Virus record (IMG/VR): IMGVR_UViG_3300044667_000075
Span: 1 to 64,000 of that record
DNA: 64,000 nucleotides
Origin: a virus
Lineage: Duplodnaviria; Caudoviricetes
Reading direction: 5' to 3' (one strand)
Shown piece by piece: positions 26,938 through 37,398 of this stretch (position 1 is its first letter; each line of letters opens with the position of its first letter). Both the position numbers and the translations under genes were made by a program. The notes below the pieces were generated by a model. It searched no databases, was not told the origin of the DNA, and saw only the letters and a list, made by a program, of their open reading frames with translations.

Positions 26938-28617
26938 TCACCGCCACGCCCGCACGTTCCCCCGCCGCCCTCCAGGCCGTTCCTGCTCGTCGGCGCGCGG
27001 CTCAAACCCGTCCAGGCCCCAGTCACCGCCAAGCACGTCCAGGCCCTGGCTATGGATCTCCCGCATGCGCTTCTGTGCCCGTGTCTCGTCGGTGACCCCA
27101 AGGTTCCTCATGTCCTCCGAGCCGTCCCACGGGCGCGCGTTCGGCACGTGCTCGCCGAGGTGCGGCACGAACGCCTGGACTACGGCGTCACCGTCGTCGG
27201 TGGACCGGCCTAGGCGCTTCTTGATGTCGTCCTTGCTCTCCACCTGGATCCGCCCTCCTGACGTAACCGTCCACTGAGGCGCCGACAGGTCACCGAGAAG
27301 CATCTCGTCATCCGGCAGGCAGATGTCCGGCTCTCCGGACGGGTCCAGGTTCTGCCGCAGAGACCACCACGCTTCGCTGCGCCGGTTCGCGAACCCGAAC
27401 TCCCTGGTGGAATCCTTCGCCTTGGATGCGCGGGACGCGTTGAACGCCACGACCTTGGCGTGCTGCTCACGGAGCCGGTCCACGACGCCCGAGCCGATGC
27501 CGATCACGTCGACCACGGCGGTACGGGACGTGTCAGCGTCCAGGATGGCCTTGGTGCGGCCGGTGGTGGCCATGGTGTCTTCCTTAACGAACCGCCGCAG
27601 CTCCGTGATCACATGCCCGTTGCGGATCGCGAGGACGGTCCGGTCCTCACCTGTCCGTGCCACGTCCACGCCGACCGTGCGAGGCCTGCCCGTGTCGGGG
27701 CTGCCCGCAGCCTTCCACGCGTGCCAGCGTTCCACCGCCGCCTCGGCCCATGCCAGCGGGATCACCGCGTCCTCATCGCCCGCGTGGAACTCGCCGAGGA
27801 CGCGGTTGACGTAGATCGCCGAAGTCTCGCCCCACTGCCGGGCCCGCTGCTCGGCCCATTCCCGGGTGATCCGCCCGGCCGCTATCGCATCCTCGAGCGA
27901 AACGTGGACCGGGTGCCAGTCCTCGTACCCGGCGCGGCGGGACTGGATGTCGTAGAACCGGCCCTGCGGGGCGCCGGGAGTCGACAGGGCCAGCGCGAAC
28001 GCCTCGCCCGCGCCCTCGCCGGCACCGGAGAACGCGCCCTCGCAGGCGTCGAACGTACCCGCGGGGATCGCCTTGGCCTCGTCGTAAACGAACAGCAGCG
28101 AGTCGGCGTGCGCGCCCTCGATCAGGGCGGCGTTCGCGGACGCGCCGGCGAACGCGTGGCCGAAGCCGAGCCGCAGGTTCAGGTTCTGCAGTTCCGTCCG
28201 GGTAAACGGACGCCCGTCGCGGACGACATCCCAGCGGACCCGGCCGGCCCACTTGTGGATCTCCGGCCAGAGGTACTGCGTCAGCTGGTGCCACGACCCG
28301 GCGGTCGTCGCGACCTTCCAGTCAACCCCGGCAGCATCACGGGTCAGCGCGAACCACAGCACCGTCACCGCCGAGATGCAGCTTTTCCCGAGCCCGTGCG
28401 GCCCGCGGACGGCCTGCCGTTTCCGCTCCGGCAGCCCGCCGATGATGTCCTGCTGGTACCCGGTCAGGCCGTCGCCGCGGAAGTCGATGCAGTCATGCGC
28501 GAACGCGAGCGGGTCGTTGTAGTACCTGGCGACCCCGCGCTTGATCCGTGCGGCTTTGCGCTGGAGTTCCAGCAGGTAACGCAGGCGTTCAGGCGGGGCT
28601 TGTATCTGCAGGGTCAT
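26938..28617 (-). CDS. terL: Terminase large subunit
   Basis: Walker A GPHGLGKS, Walker B VYDEA, LSTP motif, nuclease GVDVA..GED and STDDGDA. Confidence 0.93.
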   Translation of the reverse strand: MTLQIQAPPERLRYLLELQRKAARIKRGVARYYNDPLAFAHDCIDFRGDGLTGYQQDIIGGLPERKRQAVRGPHGLGKSCISAVTVLWFALTRDAAGVDWKVATTAGSWHQLTQYLWPEIHKWAGRVRWDVVRDGRPFTRTELQNLNLRLGFGHAFAGASANAALIEGAHADSLLFVYDEAKAIPAGTFDACEGAFSGAGEGAGEAFALALSTPGAPQGRFYDIQSRRAGYEDWHPVHVSLEDAIAAGRITREWAEQRARQWGETSAIYVNRVLGEFHAGDEDAVIPLAWAEAAVERWHAWKAAGSPDTGRPRTVGVDVARTGEDRTVLAIRNGHVITELRRFVKEDTMATTGRTKAILDADTSRTAVVDVIGIGSGVVDRLREQHAKVVAFNASRASKAKDSTREFGFANRRSEAWWSLRQNLDPSGEPDICLPDDEMLLGDLSAPQWTVTSGGRIQVESKDDIKKRLGRSTDDGDAVVQAFVPHLGEHVPNARPWDGSEDMRNLGVTDETRAQKRMREIHSQGLDVLGGDWGLDGFEPRADEQERPGGRRGNVRAWR

Positions 28618-29179
28618 TGCGGGCCAGCTGAGACTCAAGTTCGGCGATCTGCGACTCGACCATGTCGGCGGTGATTACCTCAACGCGGGACTTGGAGGGC
28701 GCGTCATAGCCGAAGATCTTCGCGCGCCGCTCAAGCAGGGCGCGGATCTCGCGGATGGCCGCGAGGGCGGGCCCGTCGTCCAGGATGTCCTCATACAACC
28801 CGATGGGCTTGCCGTCGCCGCCGTAGAGGATTTCTCCGTTGTCGTCACGCTGCCAGCCGACCAGCTTGCCGACGACGCGGCCCTGGGAGACGGCGACGTG
28901 CTCCTTGAGCATGATCTCCCACGCCTTCTCGATGAGCCGGTCGATCCGCTCAAGATCCAGTCGCCGGGCTTGCTCGGTGGCCTCTGAGGGGATGTCGGCG
29001 AAGGCGCGCATGACGGCCTCGTGCGCCTTGCCTTTGTGGGTGAACCCGAGTTCGTCGGCTATCCGCTGATAGGACCAGCCCTGGCCGTGAAGCTCGGCGG
29101 CCCGGTGGTCGCGCCTGGCGCTGTCGGCGGTGCGGATCCATTTGCCGCTACCACCGCGAGGCGGGGTTCCCTTGGTCAT
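28589..29179 (-). CDS. HTH protein, terminase small subunit candidate
   Basis: GWSYQRIADELG; LERRAKIFGYDAP; overlaps TerL start. Confidence 0.7.
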   Translation of the reverse strand: MTKGTPPRGGSGKWIRTADSARRDHRAAELHGQGWSYQRIADELGFTHKGKAHEAVMRAFADIPSEATEQARRLDLERIDRLIEKAWEIMLKEHVAVSQGRVVGKLVGWQRDDNGEILYGGDGKPIGLYEDILDDGPALAAIREIRALLERRAKIFGYDAPSKSRVEVITADMVESQIAELESQLARNDPADTSPA

Positions 29180-29556
29180 GGGTTCCCCCCGTCCTGCTCC
29201 GGCTTGTCGGCGAGGTCTGGCCTGCCGAGGTGACGGCGGAAAGCCCCGTTGACGTGATCCTTAATGCGTTCCTCGGCGTCGGCGACGCTTCCGGCAGTCA
29301 GGCCCGACGTGAAGAACGAGAACGACGCGCCGAACAGCGGGACGACCAGGATGCACTCGACGGCTTGGAGCAGGTACCCGGCGGTGTTGACCGGGGCCAC
29401 GTCGCCGCCGACGGTCACGGCGTTCGCCAGGGCGCAATACCAGCCATGCCAGAGCGGCAGGCCTGGGGTGACCAGGGAGTAGAGCGCGCCGAGGAGGATG
29501 TCGAGGCCGAGGGCGGCGGCGATGACCTGGGCGGCTACCCGGTGGTGGCTAGCCAT
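29176..29556 (-). CDS. KcsA-like 2TM/pore ion-channel protein
   Basis: TM-WYCALANAVTVGGDVAPVNTAG-TM aligns by eye to KcsA WWSVETATTVGYGDLYPVTLWG. Confidence 0.65.
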   Translation of the reverse strand: MASHHRVAAQVIAAALGLDILLGALYSLVTPGLPLWHGWYCALANAVTVGGDVAPVNTAGYLLQAVECILVVPLFGASFSFFTSGLTAGSVADAEERIKDHVNGAFRRHLGRPDLADKPEQDGGNP

Positions 29557-29932
29557 GGCGGCCGTCCTCGCCGAGCAGGGCAAGCAGCGAGTCGAGGCGA
29601 CCCACCACGTCATCGAGGCTGGCGGCGGCCTTCTCGCGGGCGTGCCCGTGGTGCCTGTTGCACCAGGGCGTCCCGTCGACCTTATGCCTGCCCACACGCC
29701 AGCATCTGTCCTGATGGCAGTTCACGTGATGCCATGCGCCGACGAGCAAGCTGAGCAGGCTGAAGACGGTCAGCGCAGGCAGGAACCCCGAGTAAAGCTG
29801 GTACGTCCAAGGCGTCTGCGGACCGGGGTACGGGTGGACGCCGAGGCCGTACAGCCAGCCCCACGGGTGGGCGGCGATGGACCAGCCGATCACGGCCAGG
29901 ACGGCGGAGATCAGCAGCCAGCGGAACCTCAT
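29549..29932 (-). CDS. Membrane protein with Cys/His motif
   Basis: MRFRWLLISAV; CHQDRCWR...WCNRHH. Confidence 0.6.
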   Translation of the reverse strand: MRFRWLLISAVLAVIGWSIAAHPWGWLYGLGVHPYPGPQTPWTYQLYSGFLPALTVFSLLSLLVGAWHHVNCHQDRCWRVGRHKVDGTPWCNRHHGHAREKAAASLDDVVGRLDSLLALLGEDGRHG

Positions 29933-30483
29933 CCCGGCCCGGCCGGGGGCGGGTCGGTGACGGCGGCGGGCGTGTGGTCCGGGTCGTGTGGCTGCCCCCA
30001 CCACAGAGGCCGGCCCTTGCGGCGGGCCACCTCGCGGAGAAACGTCCCCACCGTCGGGTAGGACTGGTGGCCGTCTGCCCGCATGTGGAGCCTGATCCAC
30101 AGCGGGGTCCGGGCCGCCAGCACCCAGGAGATCCGCGCGAACAGCACCACGTCGATCCACCCCGCGACATGGGAGGTGGCCCGGTTGAAATGGAAGAACA
30201 GCGACAGGACCGAGATGAGCAGCACCCCGGCGAGGAGCCCGGCGAAGTCGACGACAGTCTTCCCGACCGGGTTCGCCCAGAATTTCGCCAGGTACCCGTA
30301 CACACCCACCCACAGGACCGTGGTGACCAGGCCGGAGATCAGGACGACTTTGAACGCGGCGACGATCACCCCGTCCGCGTCCCCGTCGGTCCACGTCATC
30401 GACGCGGCCCACACCCCGAGGGCGGACGCGGCCCACCCGGCGAGGGAGAACGCGACCCGGTGCCGGGTCCGCAGCCTGGTCAC
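29929..30483 (-). CDS. Multi-TM protein (holin-like)
   Basis: About four hydrophobic helices; WANPVG motif. Confidence 0.6.
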   Translation of the reverse strand: MTRLRTRHRVAFSLAGWAASALGVWAASMTWTDGDADGVIVAAFKVVLISGLVTTVLWVGVYGYLAKFWANPVGKTVVDFAGLLAGVLLISVLSLFFHFNRATSHVAGWIDVVLFARISWVLAARTPLWIRLHMRADGHQSYPTVGTFLREVARRKGRPLWWGQPHDPDHTPAAVTDPPPAGPG

Positions 30484-30704
30484 CTGGGGTCCCCGCGGAG
30501 GCTGTCGCGGACCATCTCCAGGATGTGGTTCTCCCCGGCGGCCTGGTTCAGCGGGTCGATGACCTGTTCTTTCACCGCGGAGTACAAGACGCGGGCCCGG
30601 CTGGCTTCGGGGCGGGCCCTGTCGGCGTCAGCGCGGGCCGCCGCGGCCCGCGCTTCCAGTTCGGCCATCCTCGCAGCCCTGCGGTGCGGCCACAATCTCA
30701 GCAT
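30480..30704 (-). CDS. Hypothetical protein
   Basis: MLRLWPHRR...ENHILEMV, coupled to neighbours. Confidence 0.55.
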   Translation of the reverse strand: MLRLWPHRRAARMAELEARAAAARADADRARPEASRARVLYSAVKEQVIDPLNQAAGENHILEMVRDSLRGDPR

Positions 30705-31027
30705 CAGCTCAGCCCCAGATCCTCCGCGGTCAGTTCCCCTGGCGGGCGGCGGCGCCTGTGGCTGGATTCCTGGGCGATCTGGGTGAACGCCTGGATCAGC
30801 TGCTGGGTGACCTGCCCTGTCTGCGCGGTCTCGTGGACGGCATGCCCGGTGACGGCCAGGGCGTCCAGCAGGGCCCGGTTCGCTGCCTGGGAGTTGTCGT
30901 AGGCCTGCTCGAGTTTCTCGTATTCGGCGTGGGAGTGGATCTTGCCGCGGATGAACAGCCACAGCCCCAAGGCCAGGACCACCAGGGCCCCCGAGCTCCC
31001 CGTGATCAGCGGCAGGAGCTGTTCCAA
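30704..31027 (-). CDS. Single-TM coiled-coil protein (holin-like)
   Basis: N-terminal TM then helical domain. Confidence 0.55.
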   Translation of the reverse strand: MEQLLPLITGSSGALVVLALGLWLFIRGKIHSHAEYEKLEQAYDNSQAANRALLDALAVTGHAVHETAQTGQVTQQLIQAFTQIAQESSHRRRRPPGELTAEDLGLS

Positions 31028-31054
31028 TGGCGTCTCCTCTGAGCGTTGTGTCCA

Positions 31055-31636
31055 CTAGGCGACGATCCGCAGGTTCTGCCGGAACGCTTCGCGGGCTTTC
31101 TGCTTGCCGTCGAGGCCGGTCCCGGATGCTTCGAGGGCGGCGTCGAGGGCTCGTTCGAGCATGTCGGCGGTCTGCTTGCGGACCCCGGCGAGGCGGTCTT
31201 CGATGTTGAGCTTGGCCATGGCGGCGAGGGTGGCGACGCACCGGTCAAGGGCGCGTTCCCACAGGGCGATCTCGGCGCGGAGCTGCTCGCCGGTCCCCGC
31301 GGCGGCCTCGTACCGGAGGGAGGTCAGCTCGTTGACCTTCTCGCCCATCGCGTTCTTCCAGGCGACGGCCTGGGCGGCTACCTTGGCGAGTTCGGTGAGG
31401 GGGTCGGTGACGGGGGGGACGTCGAGGCGGGCGAGTTCGCGGGCGGCCTGCTGATTGAGGGCGGCCTCGGCGATGACCGGTGCGGCTTTCGTGCCCAGGT
31501 GCATGCGGCAGCGGTCAGAGTCGGCGACGAGGCGGTGGCTGTGGCAGGGGGTGCCGTCTTTGCGGTTGCGGGTGCATTCCCGGCGCTGGTGTTCGTCGCA
31601 CCACCGGCCGCGCTTTCGCATGGGGGTGACCGTCAT
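31055..31636 (-). CDS. Zn-binding (C..C..RCRMHLG) protein, second terminase small subunit candidate
   Basis: CTRNRKDGTPC...RCRMHLG; DPLTEL; GEQLRAEIALWERALDR. Confidence 0.6.
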   Translation of the reverse strand: MTVTPMRKRGRWCDEHQRRECTRNRKDGTPCHSHRLVADSDRCRMHLGTKAAPVIAEAALNQQAARELARLDVPPVTDPLTELAKVAAQAVAWKNAMGEKVNELTSLRYEAAAGTGEQLRAEIALWERALDRCVATLAAMAKLNIEDRLAGVRKQTADMLERALDAALEASGTGLDGKQKAREAFRQNLRIVA

Positions 31637-31753
31637 GACGTGGATCGCATCGGGTCAGCGGCGGGGCACATAACACCAGTTAACCGCATCGCCGACCTAA
31701 ATGCACGTGCAGGGGAACGTGCATGTGGGCGTGTTGCCGCAGGTCAGCCGAGG

Positions 31754-32217
31754 TTACTGCTCGCCCTCGCCCCACATCGAGCGCGGGTCCAGGTCAAGGA
31801 TCATCCGCGCGCCCCGCGCGAATCCGGCCGCGTCCGGGACCTTCGGCGGCACCTCAGTGCGGTGCCGGTACATGAGCTCGTGGTCCCGCATGGCGTCCTG
31901 CTTGGCGGGTGATGCCGGGCAGTCGTCCCGGTGGGGGCCGAGCTGGGCGGTGTCGCAGCATTCGCGGGGGCCGTCGTCCTCCTCGCACCATTCGCGGGCG
32001 GTCATGTCTGCTCCTCGAATCCCGGCCCGTCTGGGACGCGGGCCTTCAGTGTCCTCGCATAGCCGATGGCACGCTGGATGTCCGCCCACGCCTCACCCAT
32101 CGCGGCCTGAAGGGAATCCCACTCGCGGGTCCGCGCCCCACGTTCCAGTGCGCTGGTGGCGCTCGTCAGCGCGCCCTCGATCGCATCGAAGTGGCCCATC
32201 GTGACGTTGCCGCTCAT
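31754..32217 (-). CDS. Two small hypothetical genes (31754-32005, 32002-32217)
   Basis: Translationally coupled ATGA overlaps. Confidence 0.45.
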
Positions 32218-32681
32218 GACCAGTCCAGGGCGTCAAGCGCGTCCGATGCCATCTCCAGTTCCTTGTCCGTCAGCTCGCTGGCCGGGATCTGCCCGCGTCC
32301 GTAGGCGCGGATCTTCTCGTCGTCGGGTTCCCGCAGGTGGGTGACGATCAGCGCATAGCCGTCCTGTCCGCCCGGCCGGCCGCCTTTGCCGACCTCAACG
32401 GACACCTGGGCAGGCCAAGCGTCGGCCGGGAACTCCCGGGCGACTAGCTCGCCGTCATCGACGCGGTTCGGGCGTGAAGGGGCGGCGGCGATACCCGCTC
32501 CTCCGCCGCCTCCGCTGGGGAAGAAGCTGAACGAGGTGCCGCCGCCTTCGTAGCCGTTGTCGGTGCCGTCCGCGTTGATCGTGCTGCCGCCGCCCTTGAG
32601 GACCACCGTCAAGCGGGCGGCGCCTGCTGGCTTCACCCAGGTCCCGTCTCGGCCGAAATACTGGATGTCAGGCTCGCTCAT
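32214..32681 (-). CDS. Glycine-rich domain protein (tail-fibre-type GGG motif)
   Basis: GTWVKPAGA..LTVVLKGGG...GGGGGAG...VEVGKGG..GG.DG. Confidence 0.55.
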   Translation of the reverse strand: MSEPDIQYFGRDGTWVKPAGAARLTVVLKGGGSTINADGTDNGYEGGGTSFSFFPSGGGGGAGIAAAPSRPNRVDDGELVAREFPADAWPAQVSVEVGKGGRPGGQDGYALIVTHLREPDDEKIRAYGRGQIPASELTDKELEMASDALDALDWS

Positions 32682-33121
32682 GGCCGCACAGCCTCCCACT
32701 GCCCTGCTAGGTGCGGGTCCGTCCACGCTGCCAGGTCATCCCTGGTCCACGTGCCGACCAGCAGCCATGTCTCCGGCTGGCCGCAGTCCTTGCAGCGGCC
32801 GAGGACCGCGGTGTGCGGGGCGGAGAACGGGAACTTCGGGGTGGAGTCCTGGGCCTTGAGGATGGCCCAGTCATGCTCGCAGGCGGGTGGCACCGGCTCG
32901 TCTTCCTCGGCCGTGTCCGGTTCGCTATCCCAGCCTGCGGCCTGGTAAGCGGCGTACACGATCGCGGTGATGTCAGACATGTCGATCGATCGGCCGCGAG
33001 CGGGCTGGTTGGCGATACCGAGATGGCCTGCTTGCTCCCATGCGGCCTTAACTGCGGCCTTGCCCTGCTCGCTGCTGGCCCACAGCACCTCTGCGGCCTC
33101 AGCGTCAGTGATGTCCGTCAC
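32678..33121 (-). CDS. Hypothetical protein
   Basis: CEHDW...RCKDCG. Confidence 0.5.
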   Translation of the reverse strand: MTDITDAEAAEVLWASSEQGKAAVKAAWEQAGHLGIANQPARGRSIDMSDITAIVYAAYQAAGWDSEPDTAEEDEPVPPACEHDWAILKAQDSTPKFPFSAPHTAVLGRCKDCGQPETWLLVGTWTRDDLAAWTDPHLAGQWEAVRP

Positions 33122-33606
33122 CGGGTGCCCCCTTCGTTGTTGTCGTAGACCTGCGCCATGATCCTCAGCAGCCGCTCCACCCGCTGGTCCCGGCCGCAAT
33201 CACAGGGCTGGCCTGCCCGGTCAGGGTCGGAGCAGCCTGAGCCGGGCTGGCCGCTGTAGAAGTTCTCGGCGATGTAGGTGTGCGGTTCGGCGAGGATCGC
33301 GGCCATCAGGTCACGCTTGGCCTTCACCTCGCGCTCCGTGCGGGCCGGGTCCTGGCGGGCGATGTGCTCAGCAAGCACCGTGTCGAGCGCGCCCTGGCCA
33401 GTGAACAGGCCGCCTCCGCGCCTGCCGCCCAGGTCGGCCCGCATGGTGCGGCCATCTTCCTGGAACTGGCCGTCATACCAGGGCTCGACGTACCACTCCC
33501 GCCATGCGGGGCGCGAAGTGGCCCGAGCTGCCGCGTCGTCGGCGTCGAGTCCGGCGTTTAGCTTGGCAACCAGGGCCTCGATCGCTGCTGCCCGGACCTC
33601 AGTCAT
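33118..33606 (-). CDS. DUF6221-like protein
   Basis: AEHIARQDPARTEREVKAKR...LLRIMAQVY. Confidence 0.65.
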   Translation of the reverse strand: MTEVRAAAIEALVAKLNAGLDADDAAARATSRPAWREWYVEPWYDGQFQEDGRTMRADLGGRRGGGLFTGQGALDTVLAEHIARQDPARTEREVKAKRDLMAAILAEPHTYIAENFYSGQPGSGCSDPDRAGQPCDCGRDQRVERLLRIMAQVYDNNEGGTR

Positions 33607-33987
33607 CGAGCTTGTCCGCGATAGTGAGGGTGACACCTTCCTTGCCCATGCGCTGCGCGGCGCTCTCGGCCACCCGCAGCATGGGCTCGGTCCTGACGAT
33701 CACCGTGTCCCCTGGGACTGCATCGCGTAGCGCATCGGCCAGCGCGCCCATCCAGCCGTCCGGCGGGATCCTGAACTCAGTCATTATTGCTCTCCTCTCG
33801 TGCGGCGACCGGAAACCGGGTCCGTCCCGCGCTGTGCCTCGATGGCGTCGCGGACAACACGGATCGGGACGCGGAACGCGCGGGCCACCTGCATGAGCGG
33901 GCTCGCTCCCTCCCCGTTGCGGTAGTCGTGGTTCTTGCGTACGGACTTCCACGTCAGGAACATGCGGCGTTCCGGGGTCTGGGTCAT
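33599..33987 (-). CDS. Two small hypothetical genes (33599-33784, 33784-33987)
   Basis: Coupled ORFs with RBS. Confidence 0.45.
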
Positions 33988-34298
33988 CGCTTGACCTCCT
34001 TCGTCACCCATTCCTGGCAGTCCGGGCAGACGCCCTTGGACATGCGCATGTTGCGGTGCTTGCAGTTGCGGGCCTGCTGGGGCGGGTCTTCCAGGGCAGC
34101 GACAGGAGGAGGAGGAGGAGGAGGAGGGTCGGCGAGGCCGTCGAGCCGGTCTAGCTCTAGCGTGATCCCCCGGACGCTGATGTCAGTGATTGTCTGCCCG
34201 TGCCGTTCGGCCCCGTCTTTGAGCCGGGTCAGCAGGTCTGGGGGGATCCGGACGTTGAGCTGGGCCTTGGCGTGGCGGTCTCCGGTACGAGAGGCCAT
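33984..34298 (-). CDS. Arc/ribbon-helix-helix protein with poly-Pro linker
   Basis: QLNVRIPPDLLTRLK; (GGA)n tract ~34104-34128. Confidence 0.65.
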   Translation of the reverse strand: MASRTGDRHAKAQLNVRIPPDLLTRLKDGAERHGQTITDISVRGITLELDRLDGLADPPPPPPPPVAALEDPPQQARNCKHRNMRMSKGVCPDCQEWVTKEVKR

Positions 34299-34522
34299 CA
34301 GGCCGTCCATGCGGCGGGGCAGGAGATCGTGGCGTTCAGCGCGTCGGCGGGGACGTCGGCGAAGGTGTGGCGGATCCACGGGCGGCCCATGCGCTCGAAG
34401 CGCTCAACCTCAGCCGCGGGGACCTGGACCAGCACGCGCCCGGCAGCGTCGGTAACGCCATGGTTGCGCGTGACCCATGCCGCGTCGTCGGTGCGGACCG
34501 CGAAGGTGGCTGTTTTGCTCAT
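34298..34522 (-). CDS. Hypothetical protein
   Basis: MSKTATF with GGGGAG RBS and upstream TTGACT/TACGAT promoter. Confidence 0.55.
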   Translation of the reverse strand: MSKTATFAVRTDDAAWVTRNHGVTDAAGRVLVQVPAAEVERFERMGRPWIRHTFADVPADALNATISCPAAWTA

Positions 34523-34576
34523 CTTGTCTCCCCTGCTCAGTGCGTATAGCCATCGTATAGCCACCAGCGCAGGAAG

Positions 34577-34930
34577 TCAAGCCGGAACGTATAGCCGCCA
34601 GAGCCGCCGGATGTGCTTTAACGCCGCCGCCTGCCCGCCTCCGTCAGCCCTCCACCGCAGCCCCAGGTAGCTGACCCCGCCCGGCCGGAACGCAAGCGCC
34701 GCCAGCACGCACGCCAAGGTCGTCAGCCCCTCGCTCGACTCATGCACCCGCAGCTGCACCCACGTCCCCGCGTCCAGCCGGAACCCCTCCGTCACCGCTG
34801 CCAGCCTGGCAGGGTCCGCGCCCCGGAGCTTGTCGATCTCCAGGGGGACGCACCACTCCAGGTTGGCCGCGGCGAGGGACCGGGCGGCGTTCATCGGCTG
34901 GTCGTTCCGGCCGATGATGAACCTCGCCAC
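34577..34930 (-). CDS. Hypothetical protein
   Basis: LAFRPGGVSYLGLRW motif. Confidence 0.5.
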   Translation of the reverse strand: MARFIIGRNDQPMNAARSLAAANLEWCVPLEIDKLRGADPARLAAVTEGFRLDAGTWVQLRVHESSEGLTTLACVLAALAFRPGGVSYLGLRWRADGGGQAAALKHIRRLWRLYVPA

Positions 34931-35025
34931 GGCATCTCTCCCGTTCCCGCTGGTCAGACAGGGCTGTTACGCGAGATGGTAACGGGACACGGTTGCACAT
35001 CTGGGGCATGACGCGCCGGGACGCG

Positions 35026-36872
35026 TCACTCGCCGGGGATCACCACCGTGATGGACTTCAGCCGGCCATTCATCCGGGACCGCGCCGACGGCTTCAGCGC
35101 CTCGGCAGCCTCAGCCTCGGCACCTGCAGCGCTGGCGGTGGCCTTGTCGAACTCGGCGAGGAACTGTCGGAGTTCGCCGATGGTCAGCTCGCCATCCGGG
35201 GCCCTGACGGTGATCGTGCGCTCGGTGCTCACCGCCGCCACCCCTGCGCGCAGACCAAGGCCAGCGCGGTGATGAATAGCCAGGACAGCAGGTGGATGTC
35301 CACGGTGATGATCGCGACGGTGATGAGGCTGACCTGCGCAGCCAGCGTTGGCCAGCGGAAGTACCCGCCGTGCCGTGCCGGGGCGTCCAGCCTGGGGGGC
35401 GGGACCAGAGTGCGCAACTCCTCGCAGTACGGGCACAAGCGCCGGCCCCTCGGGCCGGACAACGGCAGGTCAGACAGGCCGCACCCGGAGCAGGTCTCGT
35501 CGCGCCAGGCCGGGCCGCCGCAGAACAGGCACGGCTGCCACGGATGCCGGCAGGAACCCGTGATCCCCGGATACCGGCATTCGGTTCCACACCCCTCACA
35601 CCAGTGCGAATGCCCGACGGCGGGGCCGAGACTGTACGAGGCGGGCAGGAACATGCGCGCAACCGGGCCGAAGGTCTGCGGCTCCAGCGCACGCCGGCTC
35701 GCATCCTCGTACGCCTCCCGCTTCCAGCCGTGGACCAGGCCCGCGTACATCCCGCTGTCCGGGTATCCCTCCGGGCTGAGCGCCTGCCGCTTAGCCTCGG
35801 TGTATGACGGGAGGCGGATACAACGCGGGGACATGCACGGCAAGCCGCCGTTCACCACGTTGCAGATGCACCCCGGATCGTTCATCCGCTACCGCCTTCG
35901 ATCACGGCCGGCTCCCGGAGCACCTCACCGGCCATCACGGGCCGGTAGTCCTCGCCGCCAGCGTCATGGACCGGGCGGACGCTCACCTGGATCTCGGCAG
36001 CGGCAGCCTCCGCGGACTGCTGGTCGGCGAACGGGACGCGGATCTCACGGACGTTCGCCACGAACACACCCTGGCCGGTGAGGATGTCGAAGGGGCGGCC
36101 GAAGCGAATAACAACCTCACGCGCGGCCATGTCAGCATCCGGTCGGCGGCAGAAGGCCCGGCAGGGCGACCGGCGTGACCATCGGCCAGTCGAACGCCGG
36201 CAGGCAGCGCGGCGGATCTGCCGTGAACTCGAACTCGGGCAACTCGAACACTGGAGGGTTCAGCAGGATCACGTCCGAGGAACGCGCCAGGAAGCGGGTC
36301 GGCCGGATCTCTGTGACCCTCTCGCCGGCGCGGAATAGGGCCACCGTGGCGTCCGTCTCACGGTCGGGCGCGCACAAGGCCAGAGCCCAGCGGCCAGGCT
36401 TACGATTCTTGCTCACTGCACCTGCTCCCTCTCGCAGATCAGCCTCAGCTCCAGGGTGTCGGCATACGGCATCTGCGCCCGCATCCGGTCCAGCTCGATC
36501 AGGACCGCCTGCTGCCAGCCGATCACGGCGTTGTCGGCCATCGTGGCCAGGTCGATGCGGCGGCGCAACTCCGCGTGCGCGGTCTCGTCAGCCATCGATC
36601 CTCCCGCTCTTGAGTACCTGGCCGTGCTCAAGTAGTTCCCACCCGCCAGAGCCGAGCGCCGGATCGACCTCAACCGCCGCTGAGCCGTACGCGCCGACAG
36701 GGCTGGCGACGGGACCGCCTGGAGCAGCCCAGTCGAGCGGCTCGTTCGCGGCGGCCTTCCTGATCGCCGCGGCCACGTCCGGGTGGCAGCGGAACGTGTA
36801 CCGCCGCATCTCCCGTGGCAGGCCCTCCACTACCGTGAGTAGCCACTCGTCAAGGTCCGGGATCACGGGCAT
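35026..36872 (-). CDS. Cluster of small coupled hypothetical genes (35026-35232, 35229-35885 Cys-rich + TM, 35882-36130, 36132-36416, 36413-36595, 36588-36872)
   Basis: Consecutive overlapping start/stop codons. Confidence 0.45.
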
Positions 36873-36913
36873 GCCTGCACGCCTCTCACGTTGCCGCTGC
36901 TTATGCTGGGAAG

Positions 36914-37174
36914 ATGGGGTATGCCGTGGGCCCGTGGGTCCCTGTCCTTCTGGTCGCGCTGAAGCCGCTCGGCCAGCAGTCGTGGGCCGGGAAGCTCCCG
37001 GACATCGCCATCGGCGAGCCCTTCTGGGCCAGCAGCAGGGACGCGCCCTCGCTCATCGCCGCGGGACTCGCGGAGAACGCCCCGCCAGGGACCGTGGCGC
37101 CGCCCGTCGAGCCGCGCTATACGGCGAACGGCACAGCAGGGTTCGCGGCGGGGACGAGCAACAGTAGCCATTAG
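36914..37174 (+). CDS. Hypothetical protein
   Basis: High GC3, isolated plus-strand ORF. Confidence 0.5.
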   Translation: MGYAVGPWVPVLLVALKPLGQQSWAGKLPDIAIGEPFWASSRDAPSLIAAGLAENAPPGTVAPPVEPRYTANGTAGFAAGTSNSSH

Positions 37175-37398
37175 GCGGTCACGAGCCCTGACCTGCTGAC
37201 CGTGCCGAGCTGGGCCTTCCGGCAGGCCGTGCACACGCCGATCAGGCATGGGGCGGCCACCTGCTGCCCGCCGCCAGCAGGGAACTGCTGGACCACCGTG
37301 ACCAGGACCACCGCGTCAGGGGCCGACCCCTCCGGGTCCGGGTCACCATCGGTGATCGCCCGGTCAAAACATGGCGCGCACTTCCCAAGGGCGCCCAT
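37171..37398 (-). CDS. Small Cys-motif protein
   Basis: CAPC...CTAC. Confidence 0.5.
   Translation of the reverse strand: MGALGKCAPCFDRAITDGDPDPEGSAPDAVVLVTVVQQFPAGGGQQVAAPCLIGVCTACRKAQLGTVSRSGLVTA

Noticed and set aside
34104-34128. (GGA)n microsatellite
   Set aside because: In-frame poly-Pro linker; triplet changes would not phase-vary expression
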